From contig OZ242318.1 of the NCBI GenBank assembly GCA_965208105.1, forward strand, positions 1,440,001 through 1,504,000: a DNA stretch of 64,000 nucleotides, read 5' to 3'. This document shows positions 9,908 to 19,005 of this stretch, one piece after another. A model generated the notes under the pieces. That model ran no database searches. It was not told where the DNA came from and saw nothing but the letters and a program-made list of their open reading frames with translations. This stretch comes from Candidatus Latescibacterota bacterium (GTDB lineage Bacteria > Latescibacterota > UBA2968 > UBA8231). The number at the start of each line of letters is the position of its first letter. Positions within the stretch are counted from its first letter, which is position 1. The position numbers were made by a program, and so were the translations under genes.

Positions 9908-12900
9908 ATGGCCAAGGCAGCCACGAAGAAAAAGAAAACCGCTTCCGCGCCGAGCAGGAAAGCGCGGCCGCGAAAAAGCGCCCAGGGCAAAGGTTCAACT
10001 GCAACCAGGAAGGCGGCCCCGGTTCCGCCGCGGCGGCGCGCACCGGGGCCCAGGCCGCAGCCGCGCTCCACCATCGCAATCCACGGCGCCCGGGTCCACA
10101 ACCTGCGCAACGTCTCGGTGGAGATCCCGCGGGACCGACTCGTGGTCATCACCGGACTGTCCGGTTCGGGCAAGTCTTCCCTGGCCTTCGACACCCTATA
10201 CGCCGAGGGCCAGCGGCGCTACATGGAGTCGCTCTCCACCTTCGCCAAGCGCTTCATCGCCCAGGTGGAGAAACCGGACGTGGACTTCGTCCACGGGCTG
10301 TCGCCGGTCATCTCCATCGAACAGAAAACCGTCGGCCACAACCCGCGATCCACCGTGGGAACCCTCACCGACATCGCCGGCTATCTCAATCTGCTCATGG
10401 CCACCATCGCGGCGGCCGCCTGCCCGCGCACCGGCGAGCCCACTCCCGTGGTCAGCAGCGGCCGCATTTTGGAGTCGATCATGTCTTTGCCCCGGGGAGC
10501 GGAGGTGGAGCTGCACGCCCCGATCTTTCCCTACTACGACGAGGAGCTGGAGGTCCTCTTCACCGACGTGCGCAAGCAGGGCTGCCGCCGGGTTCTCGTC
10601 GACGGCGATTGCATCGATCTGGCCGACGATGTGGATCTCGACGAGACCAGGATCGGGGCCATGGACGTCATCGTCGACCGCTTCGTCGTCAGCCCTGAAA
10701 TGGACAAGCAGATCACGGCGGGAATCGAGCACGCGCTCCTGGTGGGGGACGGCCTGATGGCGGCCCGGGTCGCGTCCGGGGTCTCCGAGGCGGCGGCGAG
10801 ACGGTTCTACAAGGCCTTCGGCAGCCGCACCCACGGCTTCGTCTACGGCGACATCTCGCCGGAATTCTTCGCCTTCAACAACCCGGAGAGCGCCTGCCGC
10901 ACCTGCGGCGGAATCGGCATGGACAAGAAAACCCATCCCGATCTCCTCGTTCCGGACCCGAAGCGCAGCATCCGCTCCGGGTGCTTCATCCGCGAGGCAT
11001 TCACCTACCGGCCCGACAACTGGATGGGACACCTGATCTACACCCTGTCCGAGCGCCTGAAGTTCAGCCTCGACGCACCGTGGGTCGAGCTGCCCCGGAA
11101 GGCGCGGGAGGCGGTGCTCTTCGGGCTCGAGCGGCCGATCAGGCTGGACATGCCCCCCGACGCCAGGGAGCGCAAGGAGCGCTGGCTCAACCGCAGGACG
11201 GTATGGCGCGGGGTATGCAACAACATCGAGCGCAACTACCGCCGCTACCGGCAGCGCGACGTGGCCAACTCGGGGATGGAGAGCTGGCTCAACAGCGTCA
11301 TGGTGGACACCCCCTGCCTCGACTGCCATGGATCGCGGCTGCGCCCGACCCGGCTCCTGTTCCGGGTGAACGGCAAGACCATCGAAGATCTGGGCAACCT
11401 GCACTTCGACGAGCTGCGCCAGTTTCTCGACACCATCGAGCCCGAAGGAAGAGGCGCAGTTGCCGGGAGGCAGGTGCTCAACGAAATCAAGGGGCGGCTC
11501 GACCTTCTCCTTGGAATCGGACTGGACTACCTGACCTTCAACCGCGCCTCCGGGACCTTGTCGGGCGGCGAGTCCCAGCGCATCCGCCTTTCCACCCAGA
11601 TCGGCTCGGGACTCATGGGAATGCTCTACGTCCTCGACGAGCCCTCCATCGGACTCCATGCCAAGGACAACACCAAGATGATCGCAACCCTCAAGTCCCT
11701 GCGCGATCTGGGCAACACGGTGGTCGTCGTGGAGCACGACGAGGCCACCATAAGGGCAGCGGACCACCTCATCGAGATGGGCCCCGGTCCGGGCGTCCAC
11801 GGCGGCGAGGTGGTGGCCGAGGGCGGGCTTGAGGCGGTCCTCTCCTGCCCCGATTCCCCCACGGGCCTCTACCTTTCGGGGCAGAAGGAGATCCCCAGGC
11901 CGGAGGAGCTGCGCCGGCGCAACGGCAGCGCCCTGGTGGTCCGCGGCGCCCGCGCCAACAACCTGAAGAACCTCACCGTGCGCTTTCCCCTGGGCCAGTT
12001 CATCGCCGTCACCGGGGCTTCGGGTTCGGGCAAGTCGACCCTGGTCACCGAAATCCTCTACAAGAGCCTGTGGAAGGACCTGGTGGACACGCGCACCCTC
12101 GCCGGGGACCACGACGGAGTGGACGGGGTCGAGCACATATCCCGCGTCATCGCCATCGACCAGTCTCCAATCGGGCGCAATTCGCGCTCCAACCCTGCCA
12201 CCTACATCGGTTTCTACGACAATATCCGCGCCCTCTTCGCCTCCACCCCCGAGGCCAGGGCGAGGGGATACAAACCCGGACGTTTCAGCTTCAACGTAAA
12301 GGGGGGGCGCTGCGAGGAATGCCAGGGAGAGGGAAGCATCCGCACCAGGCTCTATTTCATGCCGGATGTGGAGGTGCTCTGCGCGGCCTGCAAGGGCAAG
12401 CGCTACAACGCCGAGACCCTGCAGGTTACCTGGAAGGGACGCACCATCTCCGAGATTCTCGACATGCCCATCGAAGAAGGCGCCGGTTTCTTCGCTGATG
12501 AGAAGGGCATCGGCCCCAAGGTAGCGGTGCTGGAAGACCTCGGCCTCGGCTACCTCACCCTGGGCCAGTCCGCCACCACCCTTTCGGGAGGAGAGGCGCA
12601 GCGCATCAAGCTCGCCGCCGAGCTGAGCAAGCTGCAGCGCCGCGGCAACGTCGTGTACATCCTGGACGAGCCGACCACGGGGCTGCATCTGGCCGACATT
12701 TCGCGGCTGCTGGACTGCCTCCACCGCCTGGTGGATGCGGGGCATACGGTCATCGTCATCGAGCACCACCTCGACGTGGTCAAAACCGCGGACCACGTCA
12801 TCGACCTGGGGCCCGAGGGAGGACGCGGCGGCGGCGAGGTGATCGCCACCGGCACCCCCGAGGAGGTGGCCGGGTGCGGCAGGAGTCACACCGGACGATT

Positions 12901-13000
12901 TTTGAAGAGACATCTGCGGGAGTCCGGACGCCGTAATTCAGGACCGACCGCGACCCCCGCCTCCGGCTCCCGCGGGAAGGAGAAATCCGGCCGTGGGTGA
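9908..13000 (+). CDS. uvrA: UvrA-family excinuclease ABC subunit A (divergent)
   Basis: GARVHNLRN, two Walker A motifs ([18 protein letters not shown]), two LSGGE signatures, CEEC/CAAC Zn finger. Confidence 0.9.
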   Translation: MAKAATKKKKTASAPSRKARPRKSAQGKGSTATRKAAPVPPRRRAPGPRPQPRSTIAIHGARVHNLRNVSVEIPRDRLVVITGLSGSGKSSLAFDTLYAEGQRRYMESLSTFAKRFIAQVEKPDVDFVHGLSPVISIEQKTVGHNPRSTVGTLTDIAGYLNLLMATIAAAACPRTGEPTPVVSSGRILESIMSLPRGAEVELHAPIFPYYDEELEVLFTDVRKQGCRRVLVDGDCIDLADDVDLDETRIGAMDVIVDRFVVSPEMDKQITAGIEHALLVGDGLMAARVASGVSEAAARRFYKAFGSRTHGFVYGDISPEFFAFNNPESACRTCGGIGMDKKTHPDLLVPDPKRSIRSGCFIREAFTYRPDNWMGHLIYTLSERLKFSLDAPWVELPRKAREAVLFGLERPIRLDMPPDARERKERWLNRRTVWRGVCNNIERNYRRYRQRDVANSGMESWLNSVMVDTPCLDCHGSRLRPTRLLFRVNGKTIEDLGNLHFDELRQFLDTIEPEGRGAVAGRQVLNEIKGRLDLLLGIGLDYLTFNRASGTLSGGESQRIRLSTQIGSGLMGMLYVLDEPSIGLHAKDNTKMIATLKSLRDLGNTVVVVEHDEATIRAADHLIEMGPGPGVHGGEVVAEGGLEAVLSCPDSPTGLYLSGQKEIPRPEELRRRNGSALVVRGARANNLKNLTVRFPLGQFIAVTGASGSGKSTLVTEILYKSLWKDLVDTRTLAGDHDGVDGVEHISRVIAIDQSPIGRNSRSNPATYIGFYDNIRALFASTPEARARGYKPGRFSFNVKGGRCEECQGEGSIRTRLYFMPDVEVLCAACKGKRYNAETLQVTWKGRTISEILDMPIEEGAGFFADEKGIGPKVAVLEDLGLGYLTLGQSATTLSGGEAQRIKLAAELSKLQRRGNVVYILDEPTTGLHLADISRLLDCLHRLVDAGHTVIVIEHHLDVVKTADHVIDLGPEGGRGGGEVIATGTPEEVAGCGRSHTGRFLKRHLRESGRRNSGPTATPASGSRGKEKSGRG

Positions 13001-13718
13001 GGCGACAACTCGCGCCGTACTCTTCGATCTCGACGACACCCTGATCGATTTCCAGTTCTCCCGCCGCCGCGGGCTGCGCGCCGTTCAGGCCCTTCTGCCC
13101 GACCTTGCCGGCATCCCCCTGGAGCAGCTGGAGCTGGTCCACGACCAGGAGCTGCACGCCAACTATCTCAGCACCCTCGACGGCCGTCTGTCCGACGACG
13201 ATGCCCGCATCGAGAGGATGCGGGGCATCTGCCGCCACTACGGGTTGGACCCGGACGGCGAAACCATGGCGCTGGCGGCTGAATCTTATGCACGCGGGCA
13301 ACAAGCCCACAGGCGCGTCGTGCCTGGCGCGCCGGCCCTGCTCGAAGCCCTGCGGGAACGGGTCCTCCTCGGGGTCGTAACCAACGGACCGTCGGAGCGG
13401 CAGCGGGAGAAGCTGGCGTTCTGCGGAATCCGGGCGGATGGACTCGACGCCCTGGCCATCTCGGAAGAGGTGGGGGCCAACAAGCCGGCCCCGGCCATAT
13501 TCCGTCGGGTCCTGAGCGAGCTGGCCGTCGAGCCGGAGCAGGTGGTCATGGTGGGAGATTCATGGGAGAACGACGTGCTGGGAGCGCTGGGAAGCAGAAT
13601 GAGCGCGGTCTGGCTCAACCGCTACCGCCGCGACTGCCCGGACCCCTCTCTCGCCGTCGAGATCGCCGGCCTCGAGCCGGTCGAGTGCACCCTGCGCATC
13701 CTCGGAGTGCAGCGGTGA
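12993..13718 (+). CDS. HAD-family hydrolase
   Basis: [24 protein letters not shown]. Confidence 0.9.
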   Translation: MGEATTRAVLFDLDDTLIDFQFSRRRGLRAVQALLPDLAGIPLEQLELVHDQELHANYLSTLDGRLSDDDARIERMRGICRHYGLDPDGETMALAAESYARGQQAHRRVVPGAPALLEALRERVLLGVVTNGPSERQREKLAFCGIRADGLDALAISEEVGANKPAPAIFRRVLSELAVEPEQVVMVGDSWENDVLGALGSRMSAVWLNRYRRDCPDPSLAVEIAGLEPVECTLRILGVQR

Positions 13719-13840
13719 AGGCCCCGTCCACAGACCAGGGCCGCATAGGCGGCCGGGCGCTCCGGCGGCGGCGGTGCTGCTGGACAAGACAACCATGATC
13801 CGGGGCTCGCACCCCTTCGAGTGGAACCGCCGGGGCCACC

Positions 13841-14290
13841 CTACTTCTTCTTTCGAGCCCGCTCGTAGCCGCGGACGTACTCCTCCACCGGGGTGGACGC
13901 GATGGTCTCGGCGATCAGCTCAAGGGGCAGGTCTTCCACCTTCCGGAAGCGAACACACGATTTCCCCATGTTCAGCTTCTTGCCGCTGGCTTTGAAGCGC
14001 TTCTCGAAGCTGGTCCTGGTCCCTGCGTGACTGTAGACGCACATTAGGTACAGGGACATGTAGTTCTTCTGCGACGCCAGCGCCGCGTACATGAGGGGCT
14101 GGCCGTTGTAGGTGCTGGGGTAGCGCTCCAGGGGAATCTCGTAGGAGATCATACCCCAGTTCATCGCCTCCACGTAACCCCGGGGAAGGTTGTCGAGGAC
14201 GAGGGAACGCACGGTCTCCATCGCCTCCCTGCGATCCTCCGGCAGTTCATCCATGTATTCTTCCACGCTCGCGGCCTCGCTCCTTGCCAT
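13841..14290 (-). CDS. DUF1801 (YdhG-like) protein
   Basis: SVEEYMDELP, LASQKNYMSLY, MGKSCVRF; RBS upstream of ATG at 14290. Confidence 0.8.
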   Translation of the reverse strand: MARSEAASVEEYMDELPEDRREAMETVRSLVLDNLPRGYVEAMNWGMISYEIPLERYPSTYNGQPLMYAALASQKNYMSLYLMCVYSHAGTRTSFEKRFKASGKKLNMGKSCVRFRKVEDLPLELIAETIASTPVEEYVRGYERARKKK

Positions 14291-14395
14291 TTCAGCAGCT
14301 CCTGCGTTCGTAGCGGTTAACGATATTCGTCTCGACATCCGGGGCCGGATGGTCCCGCGACGGGCTCCTCTGCCCCGGCGCTCCGTTGCCGCGGC

Positions 14396-14911
14396 CTAAC
14401 GCTGCCATGGACTCTCCCCGGAATCGACATGGCGCTGGACCACGTAGGTGCTGGCGAGCTTGTCGTGCCATCCCTGGTGGTCGCGGTCGATGAGAATCCA
14501 CGCGAACCCCAAAAAGAGGCAAGCTCCCGAGACCCATTTGCCTATCCACTCGCGCAGGAGCATGGTGAAGAAATTGGCGTTGCTGCCGTCTTCCCTGACC
14601 ACGCGCAGGCCCAGGACCTTCTTGCCGGGGGTGGTGCCTCTCATGAACAGGACCAGGTACCAGACGCAGAAGGCCAGCAGCATGGCCAGGCCCAGGATGG
14701 ATTCGCCGGACCCGTCAGGAACGGCCGCCTTGACGACCAAGATCGAAAAGACGGCGGCGACGGGAGCCAGGAAGTCGAGGCAGGAAGCCGCCAGCCTCCT
14801 TCCCGGCGATGCCAGCCGGCCGATCTCCCCGTCCGCCACGTTGCTGCGGCAGATGGTGCACCAGCGCGTTCCGGGGGCGGCCCGGTAGTTGCAGCGTGGG
14901 CAAGTGCTCAC
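14396..14911 (-). CDS. RDD-family membrane protein with N-terminal zinc ribbon
   Basis: CPRC..CTIC, LASPGRRLAASCLD, TPGKKVLGLRVV, QGWHDKLASTYVV; GTG start with AAGGAG RBS. Confidence 0.85.
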   Translation of the reverse strand: MSTCPRCNYRAAPGTRWCTICRSNVADGEIGRLASPGRRLAASCLDFLAPVAAVFSILVVKAAVPDGSGESILGLAMLLAFCVWYLVLFMRGTTPGKKVLGLRVVREDGSNANFFTMLLREWIGKWVSGACLFLGFAWILIDRDHQGWHDKLASTYVVQRHVDSGESPWQR

Positions 14912-15025
14912 GGCGGCATTCTCCTTTTCTGCAGCGGATTCCCGGGGAGCTGCGCCCTGCCTCCCCGACCACAGGCGCCCTCTGCGAGCGCCCGGGGGTG
15001 ATTCCATTTCAGCAAATTGGAGACC

Positions 15026-15041
15026 ATTCGCAAATGCGAAT
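15026..15041. promoter_or_regulatory. Palindromic candidate operator ATTCGCA-AA-TGCGAAT
   Basis: Perfect 7-bp inverted repeat in the AT-rich gap between divergent genes. Confidence 0.4.
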
Positions 15042-15152
15042 CTAAATAAATCACGCCGGCCGGGCGAGCGAGGGGTCGGGCCGTGGTTGATGGAGGAATG
15101 AAAGCGGCATAGGTTGTTGCAGCCCTCGACAATCAGCAAGGAGAAAGCGGAC

Positions 15153-16235
15153 ATGGCCGTATCCAGGCGCTTTGCGGCGACCCCCTTCTGCGCCGGGGTG
15201 GTGGGCAGCCTCCCCAGGCCGCTGATGGTGAAGGAGCTGTTGCCGGAGCTCCCCGGTCCCGGGTCGGTGGCCGCGGCGCACTCGGAGCAGATGGACGCGG
15301 CGGTGCGCTACGCCATCGCCGTTCAGGAAATGGCGGGGATCGATCTGGTCAGCGACGGCGAGTGGCGGCGCCACGCCTACACCCACGTCATCGCCGATAT
15401 CGCCACCGGCTTTGCGGCCGACCGGCGCACGCAGCCGCCGCGCTGGGGCATTTCGGTCACCGAGCCCATGGAGGTGGTGCGTCCGGGTCTGATCGCCGAG
15501 GAAGCCCGCTTCCTGGTGGAGTCCACGGGGCGCATGACCAAGGTCTGCGTGCCCTCGCCCTATCTGCTCGGGGTGCGGCTGTGGGAAGCGGAGGTGTCTT
15601 CCCGGGCCTATCCCACCCGCGACCGCTTCATCGACGCCCTGGTGCCCATCCTGCGGGACGAGCTCATCGAGCTGCAGCGCACCGGGGTCACGGTGGTGCA
15701 GATCGACGAACCCCACCTTTGCGTCCTGGTCGATCCCGCCTACCGCAACTCCTTTGCCGATGCCCGCTACGAGATGGACCTGGCCGCCGCCAGGATCAAC
15801 GAGATGCTGGAAGGCATCGACCAGGTGCAGACCGCCCTGCACCTGTGCCGCCGCAACTGGGGCCGCAAGGGCTGGGGCGCCGAGGGCGGCTACGAGCCGA
15901 TCCTCGAGACCATGAAGAAGATCGACGTGGACCAGTACGTCATGGAGTTCAGCATCCCGGTGGCCGGGGACGCCTCCGTTCTGCGCCGGTTGCCCGAAGA
16001 CAGGCTCATCGGCCTGGGGGCGGTGGAGTGCCGCTTCGAAAAGATCGATACCCCGGATGAGATCGTCGCACGCGTCGAGGAGGCGCTGAAGTACGTCGAC
16101 GCCGGGCGGGTGAGCCTGAACCCAGATTGCGGTTTCTCACCGGGGCTGGAAGGAGAGATGCCCCTGGAGGAACCCTACCGCAAGCTCAAGAACGAAGCGG
16201 AGGCGGCGCGGCGCCTGCGGGAGCTCTACGGCTGA
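15153..16235 (+). CDS. Cobalamin-independent methionine synthase II-family protein
   Basis: VVGSLPRP, SDGEWRR, VQIDEP, LHLCRRN, NPDCGF (Zn ligands). Confidence 0.85.
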   Translation: MAVSRRFAATPFCAGVVGSLPRPLMVKELLPELPGPGSVAAAHSEQMDAAVRYAIAVQEMAGIDLVSDGEWRRHAYTHVIADIATGFAADRRTQPPRWGISVTEPMEVVRPGLIAEEARFLVESTGRMTKVCVPSPYLLGVRLWEAEVSSRAYPTRDRFIDALVPILRDELIELQRTGVTVVQIDEPHLCVLVDPAYRNSFADARYEMDLAAARINEMLEGIDQVQTALHLCRRNWGRKGWGAEGGYEPILETMKKIDVDQYVMEFSIPVAGDASVLRRLPEDRLIGLGAVECRFEKIDTPDEIVARVEEALKYVDAGRVSLNPDCGFSPGLEGEMPLEEPYRKLKNEAEAARRLRELYG

Positions 16236-16277
16236 GGGGGATGCGAGTGGCAATTCACCGAAATCGAGCTTGTTTTA

Positions 16278-17072
16278 CTAGCGCAGGAGCTCGCCGGGGA
16301 TGCGCGAGCCGGGGTATTCCCCATCCGGGTCGCGCCTGGCGATGATGGCGGGCACCTCGCAGGTCCAGTAGGCGGGAACGGTCTCGGGACGCCGGTGCCA
16401 GGCCAGCACCAGGGTGCGGCGCCGGCCGGTCCGGTTGCGGTGGGCCGAGTGCAGCACGCGGGCATCGGCCAGCACCAGGTCGCCGGCCTGGACGCACACG
16501 TCGACCTGGTGGGGGTGGTCGCTGAACATGGTCGGGTGGTCTTCTTCTATGAACCGCGCTCCCTGCTCGTGAGCCGGAACCAGGTCGTCGTGCAAAGGGA
16601 TGCGCTTGTGGTGGGTGCCGGGGATGACCTTGAGACAGCCGTTTTCCGGCGCGGTGTCGCTCAGGTAGTAGGACACGAAGATGATCTGCGGCCACGGCGA
16701 ACAGCTCAAGGGGTCGTTCCACTGCATCCAATCCTGGTGCCAGTAGAGTGCGGGCTCGCCGGGGTCCTTGGTCAACACGATGATGCCGCCGGTGCTGGCG
16801 AAGTCCCCCAGGCCCATTTGCTCGAGGGCGCGGCGCGTGGGGGCCCAGTCGAGCAACCTCCGGACCGTGGGGTTGTCCTCGCCGCGCGCGGTTACGTGCT
16901 GGCCCTGGTACTTGAAGTCGGGCGGCGGCACCCAGTCCTCCATCATGCGCTCGGTCTCGTCGCGCAATTCCCGCAAAAACTCCTCAGTGAGAATGCCGCC
17001 GACCACGCAGAACCCGTCGCGCAGCAGCTGTCGGCGTTTATCGACGGCTTGTTCTGGAGTCATTGGCGACAT
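16278..17072 (-). CDS. PhyH-family Fe(II)/2OG dioxygenase
   Basis: WHQD, NGCLKVIPGTH, AGDLVLADARVLHSA. Confidence 0.9.
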   Translation of the reverse strand: MSPMTPEQAVDKRRQLLRDGFCVVGGILTEEFLRELRDETERMMEDWVPPPDFKYQGQHVTARGEDNPTVRRLLDWAPTRRALEQMGLGDFASTGGIIVLTKDPGEPALYWHQDWMQWNDPLSCSPWPQIIFVSYYLSDTAPENGCLKVIPGTHHKRIPLHDDLVPAHEQGARFIEEDHPTMFSDHPHQVDVCVQAGDLVLADARVLHSAHRNRTGRRRTLVLAWHRRPETVPAYWTCEVPAIIARRDPDGEYPGSRIPGELLR

Positions 17073-17244
17073 CCTGGGAAGACGAGGGTCCGTGCTTCAT
17101 TCTTGAAGGGGCCTGTGCGGCCTGCAAATTGGCCGGACCTGCCGCACCCTTCACCGAGGCCGGAGGAAATCACCGCCGCCTCTCCTTCACTGATTCCTGG
17201 TCTGGTGCCCATCCCGGGGTGAGGAGACCCGCACGCCAGAGCCC

Positions 17245-17970
17245 CTACCCCCGTTCGAGGTATTCCACGCAGCGGTCCACGGACTCGACGTCGCCGAATT
17301 TCGCGTCGATGTCGAAGAGGTTCCACTGGACGGCGCCGGGGATCCGGTCGCCTATGGCTTCCTCCACGGCTATGGGCCGGAAGCCTGCGGCAAGGCCGTC
17401 GCAGATGGTCTGGCGCACGCAGGCGCAGGCGGTGACCCCGGTGACCAGTATGGTGTCGACGCCGGCGCCGCGCAGAAATCCCGCCAGGAAGGTGCCGTTG
17501 AAGGCGCTGGCGTGTTTTTTCATCACCAGCGGCTCGCCCTCGATGGGCGCGATGCGGTCGTCTATGGCCCAGAGCTCGGGCTTGTTCTGGGGCACCGCCT
17601 CCAGGGGGATCTTGTGGTGCCACAACCCCATGTCGGTGTGGGGGTCGCTGCGGTCCGTGTTCTGGTAGCAGGTGGTCACGAAGACCACGAGGTGGTTGTT
17701 CCTGCGGCATGCCCGGAGCAGGCGCTGCACCGCGGGAATGACCTGCCCGTCCATGTTCTCGCAGGTGAAGGGATTGCCGGGGCGGGTCCAGGCGTTGGCC
17801 AGGTCGACGTTGACCAGGGCAGGCTTCCTGCCAAACCCCACGCGCCGCTGGAAACCCCGCTCCCGGTAGCGCCGGCGCGCCTCGGCGAAGGCCGCCTCCA
17901 GCGCCGCCTGCAGATCGGACCCGGCCATTCCCTCCCCATCTGCTGCTCCCGCCGCTCTGCCGCCTTGCAT
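17245..17970 (-). CDS. Isochorismatase-family cysteine hydrolase
   Basis: PALVNVDLANAW, KKHASAFNGT, GVTACACVRQT. Confidence 0.85.
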   Translation of the reverse strand: MQGGRAAGAADGEGMAGSDLQAALEAAFAEARRRYRERGFQRRVGFGRKPALVNVDLANAWTRPGNPFTCENMDGQVIPAVQRLLRACRRNNHLVVFVTTCYQNTDRSDPHTDMGLWHHKIPLEAVPQNKPELWAIDDRIAPIEGEPLVMKKHASAFNGTFLAGFLRGAGVDTILVTGVTACACVRQTICDGLAAGFRPIAVEEAIGDRIPGAVQWNLFDIDAKFGDVESVDRCVEYLERG

Positions 17971-18027
17971 GGCTTCCTTTCGTGGATGAGTTCGAGTCCG
18001 AGTGACCAGGGGATTCACCGCCCGGGC

Positions 18028-18975
18028 TCAATGGACGACGCATTCCTCGATGTGGCCGAACAGGTCCAGAATGCGGTCCCGGTCTTCCTGCCTCAAAGGG
18101 GTCCCCAACATGGCTTCCGTGTTGGCCTCCAGGTGGGACCTGTTGGCGGTCCCGGTGAGCACCGAAGAGACGGCAGGGTGGGCGGCGGCGAATTTGTAGG
18201 CCGCCGCGACCACCGACTCCACCCCGGGCCGCAGCAGCCAGTCCAGCGGGCCCTGGTCGGGGACGGCGCCCCGGGCAAGCAGTCCACGCTCCTTCAGACC
18301 GGCGATGACCTTTTCGAGGCGCCCGGGGTCGGAAAGTGCGCGCCGCACCGCGAACATGACCATGACCCCCACGTCGCGTTTTTGCGCTTCTGGCAATATC
18401 TCGCGCTCCGCATCGGGAGCCAGCAGGTTGTAGCCCACCATGATCGAGTCGAAGTGGTCGTCGGCGAGGGCCCGCCCGAGCATGCGGTGGGCGCCGTCGC
18501 TGCTGTACTTCTCGGTGATGCCCAGAAAGCGGACCTTGCCCTGCCGCTGCCAGCGTTGCGCCTCCCCCAGGTAGCGCTCCGCGACATGATCGTAGAGCTC
18601 GGGCTGGATGCCGTGGAACTGGAAGAGGTCGATGCAGTCGACCCCCAGCCGCCGCAGACTGCTGTGCAGCGACTCCTCGAGAGCGGCTGCCGGCTGCCTG
18701 TCCTCCTCGGCCTCTCCCCTGGGCCTGAACTTGGTGGCGATGATGTAGCTCCCCCGGTCGACCTGGCGCAGTGCGCGTCCCAGGATGACCTCGCTCTCAC
18801 CGTACCCGGCGGAAGTGTCGATCAGGTTGATCCCCAGGTCCAGGGCGCGGTGCACCACCCGGATGGCCTCGGCCTGCGGAACTCCCGAACCCTGTCCCAG
18901 CCGGCTCGGCCCTCCGGTCCCCAGTCCCACCAGGGATACATCCAGCCCTGTTCGGCCCAAACGTCGATACTGCAT
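18028..18975 (-). CDS. Aldo/keto reductase
   Basis: MQYRRLGRTGLDVS, IDTSAGYG, SLRRLGVDCIDLFQFH. Confidence 0.9.
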   Translation of the reverse strand: MQYRRLGRTGLDVSLVGLGTGGPSRLGQGSGVPQAEAIRVVHRALDLGINLIDTSAGYGESEVILGRALRQVDRGSYIIATKFRPRGEAEEDRQPAAALEESLHSSLRRLGVDCIDLFQFHGIQPELYDHVAERYLGEAQRWQRQGKVRFLGITEKYSSDGAHRMLGRALADDHFDSIMVGYNLLAPDAEREILPEAQKRDVGVMVMFAVRRALSDPGRLEKVIAGLKERGLLARGAVPDQGPLDWLLRPGVESVVAAAYKFAAAHPAVSSVLTGTANRSHLEANTEAMLGTPLRQEDRDRILDLFGHIEECVVH

Positions 18976-19005
18976 CTTCCTGCCTCCTCTCGCCCTGGAC
19001 TGCCT

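Noticed and set aside
10196-12913. Long antisense or alternate-frame ORFs (also 17512-20520, 5035-7284, 35849-38527, 46277-48553, 62470-63894)
   Set aside because: Shadow ORFs of GC-rich genes; the opposite strand carries the recognisable motifs.
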